The notes: generated from the letters alone by a model not told the origin. A DNA stretch of 58,490 nucleotides from an uncultured Methanosarcinales archaeon (GCA_964589485.1 CAZPRK010000003.1:62001-120490), one strand, 5' to 3'. Positions 18,427 through 29,457 are shown, numbered from the stretch's first letter. Made by a program: numbers and translations.

Positions 18427-19496
18427 AAATCACTCAATCTTTTAACTTCATTCCCTATAAATTTAATCATAGTTGAATTACCGCCATCGCCACTAACTTT
18501 TTCTAATTGAACAAACTTACCTTGCTCAAGTTTTTTTACATCCCTTTGAAATGATTTATAACTTCTAGTATTACCTTTTTGTTGATATATCTTAAATAAA
18601 TCTCCAATCTTTTGACCAGAATTATCTTTAATTATTTCTAATACAGTTTTAGTATCATCTTGTAATTCTTCTTTTTCATTTGCAGAAAATTCATGTAATT
18701 TTTCCAATGAAGTATTAACATCTTCAACTTCAACAGTCCTAGAACTCCTATCTTGAGCAGTTAATCCACATTGTTTAATTAAATGTAACCCAACTCTTAA
18801 ATCTGAAATTTGGTAAGTTTTATCGGCAACTAAATTTAAGGCTTCTTCTGTCCATACATTTTCAACAAAAGCATAATCTAACCTTTGTTTCAGAATTCCT
18901 TTTACTTGATCTTTATTATATTGAGGAAAACTAATCACTTCAGGAGTTAACCTAGATTTAACCCTAATATCTAAATTTTCAATCCATTCTTTAAAATTAG
19001 TAATAAGAATTAAAGTTTTTCTGTATATTTTTTCAATTATTGTATATAAAATGTCAACATCTTCTAATTTATCTACTTCATCAAATAAAAAAACTACTGA
19101 TTTTTTATTTAATAATTGTGATGCAATTTCAATTAATTCATCTGTTCTTTTATTATGTGTTAATTTATAACCTAATTCTTCACATAAAAATAAAGAAATT
19201 TTATATAAAGTATTTTTTTGCCAACAATTAATATAAATAGGAACTATTTCATCAGTTTCATCTTCTAATTCATTTAAAACATTTTTTGTGGCAACAGTCT
19301 TTCCAACTCCCGGATTTCCATAAATTAAAATATTTTTTCCATTCATATTACTAAATAAAGGTTTGATACAACTTGCAATTTGTTTCTGTTGCATTTCCCT
19401 ATATGGAACTAATTTTGGTTGATAATCATAATCTAATGCAATCGGATTAAGAAAAATAGATTCTCCACTTTTAAGCATATCTTTGAATAAAGCCAT
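18423..19496 (-). CDS. cdc6: Orc1/Cdc6 family AAA+ initiator
   Basis: LDYDYQP..VPYRE, Walker A GNPGVGKT, YINCW, Walker B FLFDEVD, RVKSRL, F..Y...Q+.GILKQR, C-terminal winged helix. Confidence 0.92.
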   Translation of the reverse strand: MALFKDMLKSGESIFLNPIALDYDYQPKLVPYREMQQKQIASCIKPLFSNMNGKNILIYGNPGVGKTVATKNVLNELEDETDEIVPIYINCWQKNTLYKISLFLCEELGYKLTHNKRTDELIEIASQLLNKKSVVFLFDEVDKLEDVDILYTIIEKIYRKTLILITNFKEWIENLDIRVKSRLTPEVISFPQYNKDQVKGILKQRLDYAFVENVWTEEALNLVADKTYQISDLRVGLHLIKQCGLTAQDRSSRTVEVEDVNTSLEKLHEFSANEKEELQDDTKTVLEIIKDNSGQKIGDLFKIYQQKGNTRSYKSFQRDVKKLEQGKFVQLEKVSGDGGNSTMIKFIGNEVKRLSDF

Positions 19497-19605
19497 TAGT
19501 TTAAAAAAATCTATTAACTCTTTTAAAATTTGTGCTTTTGTGGGATATATCTCTCCACAAAGTATTTAAAGGATATTTAATATATTATTAATGAGAGGCT
19601 AAAAA

Positions 19606-21201
19606 GTGGATGATACTGATGATACTAGGAATTTAGTAAGATACGGGTTTTTAACTAAAGCTGGAAAAAATTGGAAAGCACAATTAAAAGAAAGCAATCA
19701 AAAAGGTAGTACTTCTTTTAAAGAAATATGGAATAAAGCAGTTGATCATTTAACTAATGCTGAATTAAAAAAATATGCTGAAGAAGAAGTTGGCGAAGAA
19801 GCAATTGATCAATATGTTCCAACTGGATTTCCTACTCCTAAAAAAAGATTAAGATTATTATGGGAAACGTTTAATTTATCTGTTGAAGAAGTTTATTTTT
19901 GGATTCATACATATTTAACTCAAGATTGGGGATATCCCCATGTTATTAAAACTAAAGATATTTTTACTGCATCTGAACATAGTTCATTCTTTGGAACAAG
20001 TCAACAAAGGCTTGGAGCTCAACAAGATAAAGTAAGTCAATTTCTTGCAGTTATTGGAAAGATGGTAAAAGAACTATTTCAAATAGTTAGAGAATTAAGA
20101 ATTATAGATGAAAGATTAACATACTATCAAAACAGTATGGGTAAATTTGTCGATAAAGACGGAAATTATACACTTAAAAAAAAGCCAGACATGCCTAGTG
20201 AAATTACATTAAAAGGAATATGGATAGATTTAGTTGAACAAGGTGCAAAAAACCCTGCATCCGTATACGGGATGTCAAGAGAACTTCAATTTACAACTTT
20301 ACCTGATCTATTTTTTAATTCACCAGCAATGGAAGCTGAAGAAGTTGAGGCTTATGTTGCTCAACTTGATTTTAATAGAAAAGTAAAAGAAGTATTGGCA
20401 AGAAAATTAAAAACTTTCATTAGATGGAAAGAAACTACATTTGAAGAATTAAAAAATAGAAGAACATTTACTTTGAAATACCTATGGCAACATTTTGACA
20501 TTATTAAAATGTATATGAGTTGGGTACGTCCTTACCTTCATAATATTAAAAGAATGCATATGGATGTAGAAAAAAATGCATCTGCAGATTTAGTAGGAGC
20601 ATTTGAAGGAAGTATGATAGAAGTTGAATTCTTAGCATATGTTTTACCGTTTGATTATGAAAAAGAAGGTGTTCAAAACAAAAAATATTATGCAGCAATA
20701 CTTTGCCATTTCTGGCATAGAACTCGGCCAGTAATGTCATATCAACAAGAATATCAAAAAGGTCCAATGCATTTAGGAAGAGTTGTTCTTACAATGAGAA
20801 ACTATATTTGGACAAAAGAACAGATAGAAAGTTTTCTAAAATATAGAGAAAAACAAGACTTTGAGTTAATGAAAAGTATTTCTGCATCAGTTGAAGCAGC
20901 CATGACTGCTTTAGGAGGAGATCTAGAAAAATACTTAGAACAAGCCGGAAGAAAAGAATATGATATTCAAAAACAAGAAGAAATTAAAGAAAGAAAAACT
21001 GAAATTTCAGGAAATCCTTTCATAGCAGCAGTAAAGGGTGCAGGTGATATGTTTAAGCTAGTTATACCATCTAAATCAAAACCTATAACTATGTCAGAGT
21101 ATGAAAAAAAACAAGAAGAAGATAGAACTAAAGAAGCTCTTTCAGGAATGTGGGAATGTTACAAAAACTTTAAAAAGGGCCATAACATGATAGCTTGGTA
21201 G
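19606..21201 (+). CDS. Conserved-looking hypothetical protein (531 aa, largely helical, aromatic-rich)
   Basis: Long ORF with GTG start and GAGG SD; stop immediately followed by the next ATG; no recognised family. Confidence 0.85.
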   Translation: MDDTDDTRNLVRYGFLTKAGKNWKAQLKESNQKGSTSFKEIWNKAVDHLTNAELKKYAEEEVGEEAIDQYVPTGFPTPKKRLRLLWETFNLSVEEVYFWIHTYLTQDWGYPHVIKTKDIFTASEHSSFFGTSQQRLGAQQDKVSQFLAVIGKMVKELFQIVRELRIIDERLTYYQNSMGKFVDKDGNYTLKKKPDMPSEITLKGIWIDLVEQGAKNPASVYGMSRELQFTTLPDLFFNSPAMEAEEVEAYVAQLDFNRKVKEVLARKLKTFIRWKETTFEELKNRRTFTLKYLWQHFDIIKMYMSWVRPYLHNIKRMHMDVEKNASADLVGAFEGSMIEVEFLAYVLPFDYEKEGVQNKKYYAAILCHFWHRTRPVMSYQQEYQKGPMHLGRVVLTMRNYIWTKEQIESFLKYREKQDFELMKSISASVEAAMTALGGDLEKYLEQAGRKEYDIQKQEEIKERKTEISGNPFIAAVKGAGDMFKLVIPSKSKPITMSEYEKKQEEDRTKEALSGMWECYKNFKKGHNMIAW

Positions 21202-21663
21202 ATGGCAAAAAACATAGATAAAGAATTAGAAAGTTTAAAAAACCTTAAACCAGAAGAAAGAATTGCTAGATTAAATGCTATCAAAAAAAACCTAGAAATA
21301 GAAACAAAAAAACAAGAAGAAAACATAGAAAGTATCAAAAAAAGAACTCAAGATGAAATTATTTCAGATGAAAAAAAAAATATTACTGATTTATTAAAAG
21401 AAAATAAGCTAGAAGAAGAAGCTCTTGAAAATACAGTTGAAAAAGAAAAACCAGTTGAAGAAGTTAAGCCTGCTCAATATGGAGATGCTGCTGAAAGAAT
21501 GGGAGAAACTCCAATTTTATATGGAGAAGGGTCAGATTATGTGCCTAGCACAGCTGCAGAATTACCAGATCAATCAACTCCTGAACAAAAATTTGATGAT
21601 AAAAAAGAAGTAAATGTTTCAAAAAAGCTTTTAGATGATTTAGGAATGTACAGAGGATATTAA
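21202..21663 (+). CDS. Coiled-coil/acidic hypothetical protein
   Basis: LKNLKPEERIARL N-terminus and E/K-rich helix; zero-gap coupling to the upstream gene. Confidence 0.75.
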   Translation: MAKNIDKELESLKNLKPEERIARLNAIKKNLEIETKKQEENIESIKKRTQDEIISDEKKNITDLLKENKLEEEALENTVEKEKPVEEVKPAQYGDAAERMGETPILYGEGSDYVPSTAAELPDQSTPEQKFDDKKEVNVSKKLLDDLGMYRGY

Positions 21664-21666
21664 AAT

Positions 21667-23832
21667 ATGATTTTTAACGATAGCAATTATCATCCAATGG
21701 ATAGAGAATATGCAGGAAGTAACCAGAATAGTTTAACAACTCAAAATATTGAAAAACCTGTCTTTACTACAAGTGATTTAGGTCAAACTGTAACCGAAGG
21801 AAGAGCAGGCGGTGGATTATTTATAGAAAGTGTAACTGCAGCAATTAGAAAAGGAACATGTAAGATTGAATTAGCAACACAAATGGAAGGAACTGACATG
21901 AATGTTGGTGCTGAAAGTTATGGAACACAAGCAAGAGAAGCAATTAGAGAAATTGCAAAAGTAAACGAAGTTAATTTGAATAGTATACATACACCATCAC
22001 AAATTGGAAATTTATCAGGGTTAGGTCAGCAAGGATTTTCAGATGAAACTAGAGATAAAACCATTCAAGAAATTAGTAAAGCTATTGAATTCGCAAAAGA
22101 TGTTACAAATGGTGGATCAATTGTTATTCATACAGGTGAATTCCCAAGAGTCATGTCTGATCAATCCTGGGCAAAAGATAAAGAAGGAAATGAAATATTT
22201 AGAGCTTATGATGAAGAAAAAGATAAAGCAGTTATGCATATTGTAGATGATAGAACAGGACAAATTATGCAGACTGTAAAAAAAAATCAAGTAGTTTCCA
22301 GGCCAGTTTGGAAAAGGTTTGATGAAGAAAGCGATAAAACATTATGGAAAGAAAAAAGTGGTAGTAGTTATATAGATCATAATGGGAAAGAAGTTAAACA
22401 AAATGATTATGTTGATTATGAAGGAAATAAAGTTGATTTGAAACATAGAGTTCCAATATTTATAGATGACCCGAATGATGAAAATTACGGAAGGTTTAAA
22501 GTAGAAAAACAAGGATGGAATGATTTTGTTAAAGAATCTGAAGAATTAAATAAAGAATTTATAGAAAAACAAGGAAGAGCTCCATCATGGCAAGAAAAAG
22601 TTACACCTGAAGAAGCTTTCTTTAAAGCAACTTTACAAATTCAAGAAGGACATTCAAAAGGATGGGCTTTAACTTATGCAAGAGATTTTAAAGAAGAATT
22701 AGATACATTACAAAAGTTAAAAGAATTAAAAAATTATTATACTAAAATTGAAGAAGCAACAGATGAAGATGAAAAATGGAAATTAAAAAGGTTAGTTCCA
22801 ACTAGGTATAGTCAAATGCTTCCACCTGACGTTAAAAATCCTTTAGAACAAATTGAACATGAAATCACTCAAGTAAAAAAAGGAATTGAATATGCAAGAC
22901 AAGCATCAACTTCTCAAGAACAACAAGCTCAAGAAGCTCTTATTAGTCAAGAACATGCTAAATCTATCAGGAAATATGCATTAGATAAAAGCATAGATAC
23001 TTTAGCAAAAACAGGAATATTTGCATGGAAAAATACAGAAGAAGAAAAAAAAAGAAGAAGAGAAGAAGGTATTAAAGATAAAATGAATCCGATATACTTA
23101 GCACCTGAACATATTTTTCCAGAAATGGGTTACGGAAGTCATCCTGAAGAATTAGTTGAGATGGTTCAAGAAGCTAGAAAGAAGTTCATTGATTTAATGA
23201 CAAAGAAAAAAATAAAAGGCCATGAATGGGATATCCAAAATCAAACATACAAAGAAGTAGATAATCCTAATTATAATCCAGATCTTGCAAAAAATCCAGA
23301 TAAAGTTAAAAAATTAGCAAGAGACCACATTAGAGCTACATTTGACACTCAACACTTAGGAATGTGGTATAAACATTTCCAAGAAAAACCTGGAGAAACT
23401 GAACAACATAAAGAAGAAAGGTTCAAAAAATGGTATATGGAACAAGTTGAGTATATGCATAAAAATGATATCTTAGGAAATATACATATTGTAGATGGTT
23501 GGGGTAGAGGACACACTCATCTACCAGCAGGACAAGGAATGTTTCCAGTTGTAGATGCTGTAACTTATTTAAAGAAAAATGGATACATTGGAAATATGAA
23601 TTCAGAAGGTTTTGGAGAACCAACTAGACAATTAACTGAAACATGGAGAGCATTCGGAGCACATATTTCAAGTGATCATGTAAGTACTGGCGGAGGTTCA
23701 GTAGGACAACATAACAATTGGAGTAACTTACAACATAGTTACTTTGGTCAAGATAAGCCTCCTTACTTTATATTTGGAGCATATTCACCTAGTAATGACT
23801 GGACTTTATGGAGTCAAACTCCGATGGAATAA
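21667..23832 (+). CDS. Xylose isomerase-like/AP endonuclease 2 TIM-barrel protein with a large helical insertion
   Basis: Ordered metal motifs SIHTP, VIHTGE, APEH, TFDTQH, NIHIVD, GHTHLPAGQG, NSEG. Confidence 0.8.
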   Translation: MIFNDSNYHPMDREYAGSNQNSLTTQNIEKPVFTTSDLGQTVTEGRAGGGLFIESVTAAIRKGTCKIELATQMEGTDMNVGAESYGTQAREAIREIAKVNEVNLNSIHTPSQIGNLSGLGQQGFSDETRDKTIQEISKAIEFAKDVTNGGSIVIHTGEFPRVMSDQSWAKDKEGNEIFRAYDEEKDKAVMHIVDDRTGQIMQTVKKNQVVSRPVWKRFDEESDKTLWKEKSGSSYIDHNGKEVKQNDYVDYEGNKVDLKHRVPIFIDDPNDENYGRFKVEKQGWNDFVKESEELNKEFIEKQGRAPSWQEKVTPEEAFFKATLQIQEGHSKGWALTYARDFKEELDTLQKLKELKNYYTKIEEATDEDEKWKLKRLVPTRYSQMLPPDVKNPLEQIEHEITQVKKGIEYARQASTSQEQQAQEALISQEHAKSIRKYALDKSIDTLAKTGIFAWKNTEEEKKRRREEGIKDKMNPIYLAPEHIFPEMGYGSHPEELVEMVQEARKKFIDLMTKKKIKGHEWDIQNQTYKEVDNPNYNPDLAKNPDKVKKLARDHIRATFDTQHLGMWYKHFQEKPGETEQHKEERFKKWYMEQVEYMHKNDILGNIHIVDGWGRGHTHLPAGQGMFPVVDAVTYLKKNGYIGNMNSEGFGEPTRQLTETWRAFGAHISSDHVSTGGGSVGQHNNWSNLQHSYFGQDKPPYFIFGAYSPSNDWTLWSQTPME

Positions 23833-24486
23833 AAACAATTCTCTCATCCAAGTTTGAATAAGAATTATAACAATAACACTAACAAAATTCTGAAAATAAT
23901 ATAACTGCCAAAAAATCACAAAAGTAACTATTAGCCATACCCAAAATAAAGTAAAAGTTTTTTTATCTAATTTACCATAAAATGAGTTTAAGTTGCTTTG
24001 ACCTAAGTACATAAAAAATAAAGATAAAATAGATAATGTTGCAAATGCAACCATTGAATTCTTATCATATTCTGAATTAAATAAAAAAAGTGCAAACATA
24101 AAAATAGGTAAAATATGAATAATTAAAGTAAACAAATATTTTTTAAAAAAACCTTTGGTATTTTTATTCAAAATTTTATAACTTAAATACCAAGATAAAC
24201 CATTTAATACTAAATACAATAAAATAAATGAAACTAAACTAATAACCATAAATTTAATCATTTCATCATATAAAAGTGTAATTTTATCAGGATCAAAAGA
24301 ATTAACTAATTCTTCTAAGTTTTGCCCATCTAAATTAATATTTTCTGTCTCTTGAACTATTTCTGAAGCAGAAGTAATAATATTAGGACCAAAATTAATT
24401 AAAATTAAAGCCATGGATGAAAAAAATATTAACTGTAATATTAATATTAAAATAACCTTTTTATCTCTAAAAATATTAATTTTCAT
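23806..24486 (-). CDS. Hypothetical polytopic membrane protein
   Basis: About 6 hydrophobic segments; overlaps the lonB stop, so probably co-transcribed. Confidence 0.7.
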   Translation of the reverse strand: MKINIFRDKKVILILILQLIFFSSMALILINFGPNIITSASEIVQETENINLDGQNLEELVNSFDPDKITLLYDEMIKFMVISLVSFILLYLVLNGLSWYLSYKILNKNTKGFFKKYLFTLIIHILPIFMFALFLFNSEYDKNSMVAFATLSILSLFFMYLGQSNLNSFYGKLDKKTFTLFWVWLIVTFVIFWQLYYFQNFVSVIVIILIQTWMRELFLFHRSLTP

Positions 24487-26332
24487 CTTTTAAAAGTTTA
24501 TTTAAAATTTGTTTTTTATCAGTCCAGTCTAAAGCTTCCTTTAAAACTTCAATAATGGTAGACACAGGAATAATTTCAATTTCACTTTTTATTTTTGGAT
24601 CAAGTATAATGTCATTCAAATTATTCTTAGGAACTAGAACTCTTTTAATTCCAGCTTCAACTGCAGCTTCTATTTTTGCAGTAACTCCTCCGATAGGTAA
24701 AACTTCACCTCTAACAGATAATGAACCAGTCATTGCTGTATCTTGTCGTATTGGAACTTTCTTTATTGCGCTTATTACTGAAGTTGCAACCGCTATTGAT
24801 GCAGAATCTCCTTCAACGCCTTCATAAGTTTGCAAAAATTGAACATAAATATCATACTTTTCTTTAATATCTTCACCAAAATATTTCTTAATTATAGCCG
24901 AAACATTTTTAACTGCCTCTTTTGCAATTTCGCCTAATTTACCAGTTGCAATTATTTCTCTTTCTTTTCCGCCAGGTGTAACTGCAGATTCAATTGGTAA
25001 AACTATTCCAGATAATGCTCCGCCGCTTCCTATTACAGCCAATCCATTAACTCTTCCTATAGCTTTTCCAGTAGAAATAATAACTTCATATTCTTTTTTA
25101 TGTTCAATATATTTGTCAGCCATCTGTTGCTCTAAAGTTCTTGCAACCGTTTTCGCTTCTCTAACATGTTTTGCTTCAACCAATGTACTTTTCTGTTCAA
25201 GAGCTAAGTCACCTGAAGCTCTTACCAGCCCACCTAATTCTCTTAACCTTAAAGTTAAATGCCCTTTCCTGTTTGCCATTTTTCTTGCTTGTTGTATAAT
25301 TGCATTAACTGCTTCCTTTGAAAAATGTGGGATTTTTTTATCATTATTAACTTCTTGTGCAACAAATTGAATTAATTTATCTTTATTACTTTCAGTATCT
25401 TTCATAGTTTCTTTCATAAAAACTTCATAACCATATCCTCTAATTCTTGACCTTAATGCAGGATGCATATTTTTTACAGTTTCAATATTCCCTGCAGCAA
25501 CTAAAATAAAATCACATGGAGCAGACTCAGTTCTTACCATAGCTCCTGCACTTCTTTCACTTTGACCAGTGATTGCAAATTTTCTTTCTTGGATTGCAGA
25601 TAAAAGTTCTTGCTGGGTATGAGGTTGTAAAGTCGCAATTTCATCTACAAATAAAACGCCTTTATTTGCTTTATGAATCATTCCAGATACAACTCTCTCA
25701 TGAGCCGGAGTTCCTAATCCACCTGACTGCAGCGGATCGTGCAAAACATCACCTAACAAAGCACCCGCATGACTTCCAGTAGCATCAAAAAAAGGCGCTT
25801 GCTTTTTATCAAAATTATCAACTATAAGTTTAGGTGCTTGAGCTTGCATTGGCATCCTTCTTCCAAGGTTAAGAAATATTACAAATGCTGCAAGAAAAAT
25901 CATTCCTCCCAAAAAAAATGCAGTAAACATTAAATCACTATTATAATAACTTCGTGCCCACCATGGCATAATCATAGAAATAATAACTAAAATAAATAAA
26001 ATAATATTTTGATTTTTTAATAACCCTGATGCTTGTAATTTAGAATTTGCAACCAATTCTCTTCCTTTTCCTGCAGGAACAGCCCTAATTAAAGGTTGAT
26101 TTTCATCATTTGGATTTACAAATGCTAAAAGATCTTGTAATTTTTCTTTAGGTAGCATTTGTGCTAATGCTAACCCAATCATAGATTTTCCTGTACCAGG
26201 CTCTCCAATTAACAAAACATGTCTTCTTTGTTGTGCTGCTTTTTTAATAACTTTTACTGCAGCCTCTTGCCCAATAACTTGATCTACAATAGTTTTAGAA
26301 ACTTTAATATCTTTTGTTGATTTAAATTCCAT
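24476..26332 (-). CDS. lonB: Archaeal membrane-bound ATP-dependent protease LonB
   Basis: [15 protein letters not shown], two TM helices inside the AAA domain, [17 protein letters not shown], catalytic EGDSAS and [12 protein letters not shown]. Confidence 0.97.
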   Translation of the reverse strand: MEFKSTKDIKVSKTIVDQVIGQEAAVKVIKKAAQQRRHVLLIGEPGTGKSMIGLALAQMLPKEKLQDLLAFVNPNDENQPLIRAVPAGKGRELVANSKLQASGLLKNQNIILFILVIISMIMPWWARSYYNSDLMFTAFFLGGMIFLAAFVIFLNLGRRMPMQAQAPKLIVDNFDKKQAPFFDATGSHAGALLGDVLHDPLQSGGLGTPAHERVVSGMIHKANKGVLFVDEIATLQPHTQQELLSAIQERKFAITGQSERSAGAMVRTESAPCDFILVAAGNIETVKNMHPALRSRIRGYGYEVFMKETMKDTESNKDKLIQFVAQEVNNDKKIPHFSKEAVNAIIQQARKMANRKGHLTLRLRELGGLVRASGDLALEQKSTLVEAKHVREAKTVARTLEQQMADKYIEHKKEYEVIISTGKAIGRVNGLAVIGSGGALSGIVLPIESAVTPGGKEREIIATGKLGEIAKEAVKNVSAIIKKYFGEDIKEKYDIYVQFLQTYEGVEGDSASIAVATSVISAIKKVPIRQDTAMTGSLSVRGEVLPIGGVTAKIEAAVEAGIKRVLVPKNNLNDIILDPKIKSEIEIIPVSTIIEVLKEALDWTDKKQILNKLLKDEN

Positions 26333-26371
26333 AGTTTATTTAAGATATATAGTTATTTATAAGTTTTTGCT

Positions 26372-26890
26372 TTAGATATCAAAATTTAATCCGTGCTCAT
26401 TTATTAATTTAGAATATAATTCAATAAAATCCTCTTTCTCGACATGAATTCCTGCTACAACAAAAGAATTTGCTAGATTAAAAGCGATTTGGTTTGAATC
26501 ACCTTTAGGTTGATAATTGATTAAACATGATAAAGTATGAGAATTTAAAAAACCTTCATTTAACTTCAAAGAAATATTTTTATTATTTTGATTCGAAAAA
26601 ACTTTTATTTTTTCAAAATCTATAACAAAATTATCTTTAATGAATAAATTATTTTTCTTTTCAAACTCAAAATTTACTAGTTCATTTTTTATTACTCCAA
26701 GTAAATTTTCTTGAAAAGATTCATCGCTATTAAATATGAAATTATTTTGTTTATTTTTCTCTATTTCAAAAACTCTTCCTAAATATTTTAAAGATTTCTG
26801 TCTAGAAGCTTTTTTTCTCTTTTTCCATGTATTTTCAACAAGATAAGCATAATTTTTATTGTTAATTTTCTTAATTCTTATAAAAGACAT
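26372..26890 (-). CDS. Hypothetical basic protein with a putative nucleic-acid-binding N-terminus
   Basis: MSFIRIKKINNKNYAYLVENTW...SRQKSLKYLGR beta-hairpin motif. Confidence 0.7.
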   Translation of the reverse strand: MSFIRIKKINNKNYAYLVENTWKKRKKASRQKSLKYLGRVFEIEKNKQNNFIFNSDESFQENLLGVIKNELVNFEFEKKNNLFIKDNFVIDFEKIKVFSNQNNKNISLKLNEGFLNSHTLSCLINYQPKGDSNQIAFNLANSFVVAGIHVEKEDFIELYSKLINEHGLNFDI

Positions 26891-27085
26891 GATATTAATA
26901 GAAAATAACTGGTTTATATAATTATTGAATAGATTTATTCATTTTAACTATAAAAGCTATAATTAATAATATAATTAAAGTACTTTTAAACAAATAAAAC
27001 AATAATCTTTATATACTACTATATATGTTTTAGTAAATAGATAGAGACAGAGAGTCAAAAGCTTATTCTGTTTCACTAATAAAAT

Positions 27086-28279
27086 ATGGTATTTAACACT
27101 ATAAACAAACAAATAACTAAAGCTTTATCTGAAGAAGGGATTAAAGAACCTACAGAAATTCAAGAAAAAGCAATCCCTGTTATTATGGAAGGAAAAGATG
27201 TTATTGGAATATCCAAAACAGGTAGTGGTAAAACTGCAACATTCGGAATTCCTTTATTAGAACAAATTGAAAGTAATAAAAAACTACAAGTATGCGTATT
27301 AGCTCCTACAAGAGAATTAGCCATGCAAATTTCTAGAGAATTAAATAAATTCGGAAAGTATTTGAAATTTAGTATAGCTACAGTTTATGGTGGAGTTGCA
27401 TATGATAACCAAATTAAAGAAATGAAAACTTCAGAAATTTTAGTTGGTACACCTGGAAGAATATTAGATCACTTAGAAAGAGGAAACTTAAATTTAAGTT
27501 CAATTAAATTCTTTGTATTAGATGAAGCTGATAAAATGGTAAGTATGGGATTCATTGAAGATATTACAAGAATTTTACAAACAACACCAAAGAAAAAACA
27601 AATGTTATTATTTGGAGCAACTATTTCAAATGAAGTAAAGCATATCAAAGCAAAATTCATGAATGACCCAGTAACTATTAAAGCTGAAATTAAAGTTCAT
27701 AAAGAAGCATTAAAACAATATTATTATAACGTTAAATCAAACGATAAATTTTCTTTGCTTGTTCATTTATTAAAAAAAGAAAAAATTGAAAAAGCAATTA
27801 TATTTTGTTCTACCATTAAGAATGTTGAATTTGTTGCTAGAAATTTAGAAAAACAAAAAATAAAAGCAGAAAAAATTCATGGAAAATTAACTCAAAATAA
27901 AAGAATTAAAAATTTAGAAGCGTTTAATAACAATAAAATAGATATTTTAATTGCATCTGCAGTAGCGGCTCGTGGATTAGATATTAAATTTGTAACACAT
28001 GTATTTAATTATGATTTATCACAAGATGCTGAAGAGTACATACATAGAGTTGGTAGAACAGCTAGAGCTGGTGAACAAGGTAAAGCTATAACTTTATTAA
28101 GTGAACGTGACCATGATGCATTTAGAACTGTAATTCATAGATTCTCTGTTGATGTTGAACAACTTCCTTTAGAAAATTTTGAAAAATTAAAACTTGACTT
28201 AGGTCCTAGAGTTAATAGTTTTAGACCAAGAAATAACTCTCAAGGAAAATATAATTCTAAACAGAGAAGAAGATATTAA
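27086..28279 (+). CDS. DEAD-box RNA helicase
   Basis: Q motif PTEIQ, TGSGKT, PTRELA, GG, TPGR, DEAD, motif III as GAT, ARGLDI, HRVGRTAR. Confidence 0.96.
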   Translation: MVFNTINKQITKALSEEGIKEPTEIQEKAIPVIMEGKDVIGISKTGSGKTATFGIPLLEQIESNKKLQVCVLAPTRELAMQISRELNKFGKYLKFSIATVYGGVAYDNQIKEMKTSEILVGTPGRILDHLERGNLNLSSIKFFVLDEADKMVSMGFIEDITRILQTTPKKKQMLLFGATISNEVKHIKAKFMNDPVTIKAEIKVHKEALKQYYYNVKSNDKFSLLVHLLKKEKIEKAIIFCSTIKNVEFVARNLEKQKIKAEKIHGKLTQNKRIKNLEAFNNNKIDILIASAVAARGLDIKFVTHVFNYDLSQDAEEYIHRVGRTARAGEQGKAITLLSERDHDAFRTVIHRFSVDVEQLPLENFEKLKLDLGPRVNSFRPRNNSQGKYNSKQRRRY

Positions 28280-28632
28280 TGAGGATTCCAAAAAAATACG
28301 GACAATCTAAGAAACAAGAATGTCCTTTTTGTGGAAAACAAGCAATATCTCAGAATAAACAAAAAGTTCCTGTATGTTTATCCCATAAAGATTCTTTATT
28401 AAAAGATTTGAAATGTGTTTGCGGAGATTATGTAGATATTCTAGATGGAAAATATGGAGTTTTCTTTAAATGTTTTAATTGCGGGAGTATGAATTTTAAT
28501 AAAATTATGGAAATTAATGACCCTGTTACAGAAAAAATTAAAATTGAAGAACCTGTTAAAAAAAAAACTTTTGTTCTTAAAAAACAACCTAAAGAAACAA
28601 CTATTAGTTCAGATGAATTAGATTTTATTTAA
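28279..28632 (+). CDS. Zinc-finger protein
   Basis: CPFC..C..H and CVC...GKYG.FFKCFNC; TAATG overlap with the helicase gene. Confidence 0.75.
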   Translation: MRIPKKYGQSKKQECPFCGKQAISQNKQKVPVCLSHKDSLLKDLKCVCGDYVDILDGKYGVFFKCFNCGSMNFNKIMEINDPVTEKIKIEEPVKKKTFVLKKQPKETTISSDELDFI

Positions 28633-28990
28633 AATTGTAATCAGTTAATTCTGTTAATTCTTTAGCACGTTCTTTGTTAATCGGAATTCCATAAAAAGTA
28701 CTTTTTCCAGTAAATAAATATACATCTCTTCCCTTAAACACTGCACCTGCACCAACTAATTCATAATCATCTCCTTTAATTGCAGGACCTAATCCTGGAA
28801 CATCTAATGAGTTTGGTGAGACTACTAAATTAAAGTTAATACCTTCTTTAGTCAAAAGATTTTCTAACATTCTATTATGTGATGTTCCATCAAAATCTTC
28901 AAAAGCCGTTACAAGCTCATCCTTAATGTTTACTTGTACTACCCTTTGTTTCTTTATTTCTGGATCAAAATTAATTAAGTGTTCTACCAT
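28625..28990 (-). CDS. Hypothetical protein (probable start MVEHLINF)
   Basis: Open frame. The ATG at 28990 has a TTTATAAA box about 25 nt upstream, which favours it over the TTG at 29077. Confidence 0.6.
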   Translation of the reverse strand: MVEHLINFDPEIKKQRVVQVNIKDELVTAFEDFDGTSHNRMLENLLTKEGINFNLVVSPNSLDVPGLGPAIKGDDYELVGAGAVFKGRDVYLFTGKSTFYGIPINKERAKELTELTDYNFK

Positions 28991-29255
28991 TTTATTAATA
29001 TAATTAGTAAGTTTATAAACATTATTGTTTTTAACCACTACGGAGATACTAAAAATATCTGAAAAATGGATGCCCAATCAAAAGTTTCTTTGAAATAACT
29101 ATGCAATTAACACCTATTAACATGATAGTTAAAATTTAAGAGATAGCATTTTTGAGAAATTTAAATTTTAGCTATACTGCCAAACAATTCAATAAAAAAC
29201 TATCTCAATTAGCAAGTCAAGAGGACAAGGTTCGTATAAAGCGCCGGGCCAAGAA

Positions 29256-29356
29256 TAGCCCCGCGCGGATTCGAACCGCGGTCCATGCCTTGCTTTAACT
29301 TTAGTTAAACCAAAGTCTCCAAAGGGCACGATGATTGGCCACTACACCACGGGGCT
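29256..29356 (-). tRNA. tRNA-Gln(TTG) with a canonical 37/38 intron (29291-29318)
   Basis: AGCCCCG/CGGGGCT+A (A1-U72), anticodon stem GTGCC/GGCAT, loop CT-TTG-G^A. The 28-nt intron forms a perfect BHB (CTTT/AAAG helix; outer stem GACTTTGGT/ACTAAAGTT). Confidence 0.96.
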
Positions 29357-29457
29357 GTTAATATTATTATAGTGGAAAACTATTTTCTTTTAAATCTTTT
29401 GTTTTTAAGCATACCAAGTATAACATTAAATAATTATTTACCGATTAATTAAACAAA

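Noticed and set aside
27607..27625. DEAD-box motif III GAT instead of SAT
   Set aside because: A single conservative variant with the other core motifs recognisable; not enough to claim altered function.
29200..29255. GC-rich patch downstream of tRNA-Gln as a possible att site or IS end
   Set aside because: I found no duplicate of the tRNA 3' end, no terminal repeat and no recombinase in the window.
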